Below, in pieces: positions 57,431 through 64,000 of a stretch of DNA of 64,000 nucleotides (positions within the stretch are counted from its first letter, which is position 1; each line of letters begins with the position of its first letter). The stretch lies in contig OZ024740.1 in the NCBI GenBank assembly GCA_964016885.1, positions 142,662,001 to 142,726,000 on the forward strand, written 5' to 3'. Under the pieces are notes generated by a model. The model saw nothing but the letters and a program-made list of their open reading frames with translations, ran no database searches and was not told the DNA's origin. This DNA comes from Eledone cirrhosa (lineage: Eukaryota). A program made the position numbers and the translations under genes.

Positions 57431-57915
57431 TGATTTCATTTATTAGCCACAAGGGCCGACATGTAGGGGACAATACAAAGACAGGGACAGTGGGGGTTTA
57501 CAATAAGGTCGAGTGAAAGTGCACAATGGCAAGACTAATTTAACAATGAAGATATAAGAATATAAAATAAACTATGCATAAATATAACAAAATAAATTCT
57601 CCGATAGGGGGTGGACGACCCTGGGGTGACTCGGGTACCCCACCAATCCTGAACCACCCTGCGCTTCTAGGGCACCCAGGAAGAGCACCCCTCTCCTCAA
57701 GTTAGCTAGCCTATAGGCGCATGGTCAGAGTAGGCCCATTCACACGAGCCATTCTCGCCACATTCATCCACTTTTTAGCAAATGTACTGGGGGGAAGCAT
57801 TTCTCTCTCCACCCTCACCTTCCTTTCCAGGTGAAACTTGAAGAAGTTGATGAGGGATTTGCCAAAGAGAAAAGTGTCTGTCTTCAGTCCTTTTAACCTG
57901 GTCCACCATAAAACC
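57425..57915 (-). mobile_element. Tx1/L1-like LINE 3' end with UTR and (TTA)n tail
   Basis: WWTRLKGL..FKFHLERKVRVERE..W, then a UTR ending ccttgtggctaataaatgaaat. The same tail occurs alone at about 25380-25450 (-) and 59200-59320 (+). Confidence 0.65.
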
Positions 57916-57917
57916 TC

Positions 57918-57949
<32 letters not shown>

Positions 57950-58357
57950 TTAGTAGCTGCTGCTCCAAAAATTACTCATTATTTAATATAGACATTAGCT
58001 TCAAATTACTAGAAATCAATAGCACAACTCTGTCATTCTTAATGAAGATTACACCTGATTATAAAGGCTATTAAGATGATGATTATTATGATGACATTAA
58101 TGAGTTTTAGTATGGTGGTAGGTATTTTGATAACAGTGACAATGATGATCATGATGTTGGAAAATGGTAATGGTATTAATGATGGGGATGGTGATGATTG
58201 TAATAGTAATGATGATTGCAGGGAAGTGGTTTGGTGGTGATATGGTGGTGACATTGATTGATGCTGATAACAACATGATCATAGCCATGTTGACAATACT
58301 AATAATATTAATAATGCTGATAATGATAATATCAATTATATTCATGATTATTATATT

Positions 58358-58401
<44 letters not shown>

Positions 58402-61365
58402 TTACTACTACTACTCTCTTAATACTGCAAGGCCTATTTTCTCCATCAACTGTAATCACATTTTTCTCCAACATAAATTATTCTTAAAATATTTCATTGA
58501 TTCCCCCCACCACCTACCTTTTACTTCCTTTGGTAGTTTTTGCTGTTGACTAAGTAAAATGTATTTATTTTTGCACCACCAACACTACAAATCCGTGACG
58601 TTATAATGCTTGAATCTTTAAAAATTTGCATAAATCCTAGTCATATAACCAGAGTAGACAAAAGATTACTTCTGTGTGGAAGTGGCATAGCAAACGAGGG
58701 CTTTGAATGCTCAGTGGCAGAGATACTTTTGACATTCTCCCCTTAGTTAAGAGATATAATAGACCAGATAAAATTTGTCACTCCATTCATACTTGTGTAC
58801 CACCCTCAGCCCCTTGCTATGCTTCTGTTGTGTGGAAGCATTTGTTTGTCTAAATTAATTTGTGAGGGATTGTACATTGGTGTATATGCATGTGTATGTA
58901 TATGTGGTGTGTGAAAGGTGAAATGTAAGTTCACATATCTGACTGCTACAGAATGTGTGCATTTGTGTGTGGTGCTATACATTTGTATACATTCTCATAT
59001 ATGTGGGTGCATGCATATGAGAATCTCAGGAATAGTATGTCTAAAAATCAGTATCAATCAGTGCAATATATATGAATATATATGGTCATTTTATGTGTGC
59101 TTTTTCCTTTGTATACATATTTGCAACCAATAACAGCTGAGAATGATTGTTTTCTATTGTTATGTATGTTTATTACAAATTCCATCATTGTTATCCCTAT
59201 TGTATTCTCTTTAGTGATGTCCCCTTTCCATTATTCAATGTAAACACCACCCTGTTGTTTTCGTTTGTCCTTGTATAGTCCCCAATGTCTTGGACCCTTG
59301 TAACCAATAAAAGAAAAAAGAAAGAAATTATATACCAACTAAACAATAATAATGATAATGATAAATGTTAATATTACAAAATTTATAAATACACATCTCT
59401 AAATCTATTAAATAACTTTGAATCTACTCATTCATTGTATAAAATAAACAAAATAAGATACCAGTTTTATAAAATAAATTATATAAACAAAAAAGTAAAA
59501 TACTATTTAGATATATGACCACAAACTAATATTAAGTTTCTCTTCTGTTTTCTAACTTCTTAGTTTTGTGTGTATGTGCATGCACATGTACATATATGTG
59601 TATGTGTGGAAGTGTGCATGTATATATGCATGCTTTTAGTACTCAGAAATAGTTTTATAAATTCTAACTTTGGTGAATTCCAAGCAGACTTTTGGCCAAA
59701 AGATAACAAAAAAAAATGAAACTTTGAATTAATGTGTCTAGCCATTGCTATCCTATGTAGAGCATGTTGCTAATAAATTTAGAATTTAAATCATATGGTG
59801 CCCTTCAAATATGGTAAGCGAGTTTTTGTGATAGATGCCTGCTATATCAAGCAGATCAGAAAGCTATGTATACGCTTTTGCACACATTGGCTTGTATACC
59901 ATGACAAGAAGTTATATTAATCATTTGTGAATAAGTGAAATGATATGCTGATCAATATAGGAGGATTTCAGCACAGTACTGCAAGCTCATCAATGTGGTG
60001 TCTTCCTTCAGTTAGCTAATAATGGTAACAGCACCTTCCTCTGGTACCTAATTACAACCTAAGAGATGTGTGCTATTACCGGCTAAGCGTCTTTTCGAAA
60101 AATACAGTGCAGTGCTGTAAACAGGGTATAGCCTGGCAACACTTCAGCCAATAGCTCTGTATCCTGTCAACTTGGCTAGCTATGACTCTCAGTTGAATTA
60201 CTTATATACTAACAATAGTAATATGTGTTTTCTGTATCTGTATGTTTGTGTGTATGTATATATGGTGAAGCTTATAATCAGTATATAAATAATTATTGCA
60301 AATTATTGCAAATTATAACTGTCATCAATAACATTATGAAAGTTCAGTATTATTCCAATTTTAATACATTCCTTTTGCCATGCAATATCATTTTCCATGA
60401 GGTTAAAAGTTTTTTGTTGATTTACCATATGTATCATCCTTTTTACCATGTGGTATTTATTGTCCTTTCCATATGGTAATATACCTTCCCATGTGGTATT
60501 GTTATTTCCATTAAGTACTATGTGATATCCATTCCATGTGCGACTTTCCTCCTTTACTGTACAATATCATACTTTTGATGTGGTACTGCGGTACTTTTTC
60601 CATCCAGCATCATTTTATATTGTCTGTTTTCAATGTAGTATCATCATTACATCATGACGTATTATACATCACAAATACAATATTAGAATTGAAAAACATT
60701 AGCACTACTGTTAACAAAAACTGATATCTATTAATATATACCAAATTTACAATTTAAATTCATATAACATTGCCAGTAATACAACACTAGCTCTTAACGT
60801 TTGTCTAACGACATGAGCAATGCTGCCTAACAAAACAAAGAGTTAGAGAAAAAAGTGAAAAAAAAAAAAAAAAAAATATGTGGGCGGGGGACAGAGATAG
60901 GAAAAAAAGGGATTCAAAAATGTTCACCTTAAATTTGTATTAAGGGGTTTGTTTTTACATTAGCAATGCACTGTATATATTATAAACCTGAATAAACTAC
61001 ATCATAAAATACTGGAGTATAAAGAGTATAATGGAACCAAATTTCATTGATGCTTGATTAAAACTCTTCACACGGTGAGAATAATGATTCTAAAAATACG
61101 GAGAAAAAAAAATATATATATATACATATATATATATTGTCATAATATATGTTTCAGAAATTTGGAAAATGGTAAAACTTTGAGGAAAGGAATTTTGAGT
61201 TGATTTCTCATTGTTTTACAGTTTGGATATTTTAACCATAATTGAAGATATGTTTGCCAATTGCAAATTCACTAAGGATTATTCTATTTGAATTAGATTC
61301 TGTATGTTACAATGTTACATCAAACATATTATTGAAAAAAAAATTAAAACATTTTTTCTTGAAGG

Positions 61366-61396
<31 letters not shown>

Positions 61397-61399
61397 GTG

Positions 61400-61475
<76 letters not shown>

Positions 61476-62395
61476 TGTGTATATATATATATAAAATATA
61501 TTTATATATATATATATATATATATATAAATATATTTTATATATATATATATATATACACATATATATATATACATACATATATATACATACACACATAT
61601 ATATATATGCATATATACATATATGCATATATATATATATATACATACACACACACGTGCATATGTATATATATATATATATCATGCTATACAAGAAATC
61701 AACCTAAACTAAAGACTAAATTGGAATCATATAAATGGTATCCCTAGAATCAAACTGCTGTTTTTATTGAACATTTATCCACCCCAACACCACCATTTTA
61801 TTGTCCATAATGATAGTCATAAATGCAATTCTTTTCTATGCTGGTTATATAACAAATCAATTTCTTCTGTTAGAAAGTCTAGCAAAATCTAATTCTGCTG
61901 TAATGCCTAGAAGTTATATTTAGAGTCCACCCATTGTTGAAGTTATATCCTGTGATAAGTTCTACAGCTTACAACTGTAATGTTCGGTGTATAAAATGAA
62001 ATATTTGTAGGTATTTTTTTATTGATATTTATTTTCGCCAACCTCTATAAAAGTTAGTTTCTTCATACATCCTGCTTTTATTCAGCTCTGATCCCCACCC
62101 CTAAAGTAAGCAAAAATGAAAATATAAATACGTAAAAAAAAATAAAAAATTGAAAAAAAAATTAAGAAATAGTACTCTTTGTTACCTTCTTGTTTGAAGT
62201 GATGCACATAGCACAAAATGTAGGCTATTCCTGGCTTTGGGTGTACACAATAACTTGAAGATAGGATTCATTTCCTCATTGACATTGGTTGGTTAGTGAC
62301 ATAACGAAAAGAGTTATTACAAATTAAAGCAAACCTGTTCACAGAGCTGTAATTTTATTTGGTTAGTGATATAGAGTTTTTGTGAGTTTAACAGT

Positions 62396-62443
<48 letters not shown>

Positions 62444-62589
62444 GTGTGTGTGTGCATATATATATATATATACCCAATGTTCTACCTAATAAAGGTAGGA
62501 TTTATAACCATTTCAGAAACTGAGATAGTGTTGATGTAAATATCTCATCGAAGCTAAGCAGAATTTGTTTTTGTAGAAAAGTGATATCT

Positions 62590-63305
62590 TATTTGATTCG
62601 CTTACAAGCAAACAGCCTCATAACACTATGTGTTTTAGATGACTATTGTCATCCTTTTGTTCTAGTGGTGACTGAGAGAAACAATTGACAATTGTTTCAG
62701 GGTTATTGCCATTTATCAAGATAGTGTATCTCTCCTTTTCTGCCACACACTAGAACTCTTGAGAATATATAGTATTTTCTAAAGTATACATCAGCTGAGT
62801 AGCCTAATTTGCATACTGAGCGATTTCACAACTGGCTTTGCTGAAAATTAAAAACAAAATTTGTTTTCGCTCTGACACAGTGGATAAGTAAATGCATCCA
62901 TGAGTTTTATATTGAATAATATTATTTGATTCATTTGCAAGCAAACAGCCTCATAACACTATGTGTTTAGACGACTATCATCATCCTTTTGTTTTAGCAG
63001 TAGCATGGCATATGCAAATTAAGCTAATCAACCGATGTATACTTTAGAAAATACTATATATTCTCAAGAGTTCTAGTGTGTGACAGAGAAGGAGAGATAC
63101 ACAATCTTGACAAAGAACAATAACCCTGAAACAATTGTCAATTGTTTCTCTCTGCCACCTCTAGAACAAAAGGATGACGATAGTCATCTAAAACACACAG
63201 CGTTATGAGACTGTTTGCTTGCAAATGAATCGAATATTATTATTATTAGATATAAAACTCACGATTGAAATTATGTATCCGCTATGTTAGAGCGAAAACA
63301 AATTT
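62590..63305. repeat. Composite inverted plus direct repeat of a PLE-end-like unit
   Basis: 62590-62815 is inverted at 63010-63235. 62857-62997 partly repeats the first arm directly and is inverted at the right end. Confidence 0.85.
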
Positions 63306-63484
63306 TGATATTTTATTATATGTCAGAAATATAATTATGGTAAACAATGAAAAAAATAAGACAATGTGTGGTAGTGAATTAATCCATTGATTTATGATAA
63401 TTTCAGAGAGCAAAATAAAAGTTTATCAATCAGAAGCAGTTATGCAATTCCATATTATTAGCCTTTATGTGTGTGTGTGTATAG

Positions 63485-63539
<55 letters not shown>

Positions 63540-63599
63540 ATTAAAAATATTAAAAATAAGTAGAAACGTGGTGTCAGAGTATCATCATTAAGTTTATTC

Positions 63600-64000
63600 A
63601 GGTGTAGCGCATGTTTTGCTATTGATCAGCTCAAAGTTTTGATCTGTATCAATCTGGCCTGTCACTAATCAAAAGCTCATCAGACTCATCAGTTTGAGCT
63701 TTTCTGGTTGTCCCCAATAGTCACATACTGTCATGCTGTCTATACTTTGTTTCATATGAGGAGACCACAGTGGACAACAGTATTCAGAGAAGAACCGGAC
63801 AAAATCAGAGAAGAGAAGGTTTATGGTGTGGATATCTCTTGACTGGAAAGTTCTGGGAATCCAGGAACACATCCTGCAGGTCATGTCAACTTTGTTGTTT
63901 ATATGAGCAGCCCAGCTAATGTTGTTATCAACAATTACTTCAAGGTCTCTTGTGTTGTTGGATGTCATGAGGGTTTCAACTAAGGGAAGAAGAGAATATG
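63600..64000 (-). pseudogene. Decayed CR1-group LINE RT C-terminal fragment
   Basis: RDLEVIVDNNISWAAHIN..CSWIPRTFQSRD..VR..EYCCPLWSP. Confidence 0.8.

Noticed and set aside
58097-58487. Hydrophobic, membrane-protein-like ORFs (also 17455-17757)
   Set aside because: Degenerate trinucleotide repeats (GAT/TAA/CTA/GTT).
59700-60200. Higher-complexity stretch as a possible host exon (also about 10600-10760)
   Set aside because: No recognisable peptide or consistent splice pair. A small or non-coding exon cannot be excluded without RNA-seq.

Overview
AT-rich, gene-poor animal (eukaryotic) genomic DNA. The very high (TA)n/(TACA)n/(TGA)n microsatellite load and the SINE/LINE content suggest an octopus or other cephalopod, but this is inference from repeat style only. 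I found no host protein-coding exon, rRNA, true tRNA gene or CRISPR array. Almost all ORFs in the track (YIYI/MYV/HT-rich) are microsatellite read-through. Recognisable content: (1) a frame-intact, 5'-truncated RTE LINE with a PHD-type C4HC3 finger inside its RT; (2) decayed RTE, CRE-like, R4/Dong, Hero-like, Tx1/L1 and CR1-group fragments; (3) several tRNA-headed and RTE-tailed SINE families; (4) piggyBac-type MITEs; (5) many Penelope-like element (PLE) ends inserted in (TA)n. The best signal is a hammerhead-ribozyme system. A 594-bp-period tandem unit (43109-44205) carries two complete type-I hammerheads with a U3:A8 compensatory core and a branched stem II, and could release a 594-nt (possibly circular) RNA. 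Several other minimal hammerheads are dispersed. About ten long DNA palindromes are present, and most turn inside a hammerhead-like core. All coordinates were read by eye, so repeat boundaries are approximate.
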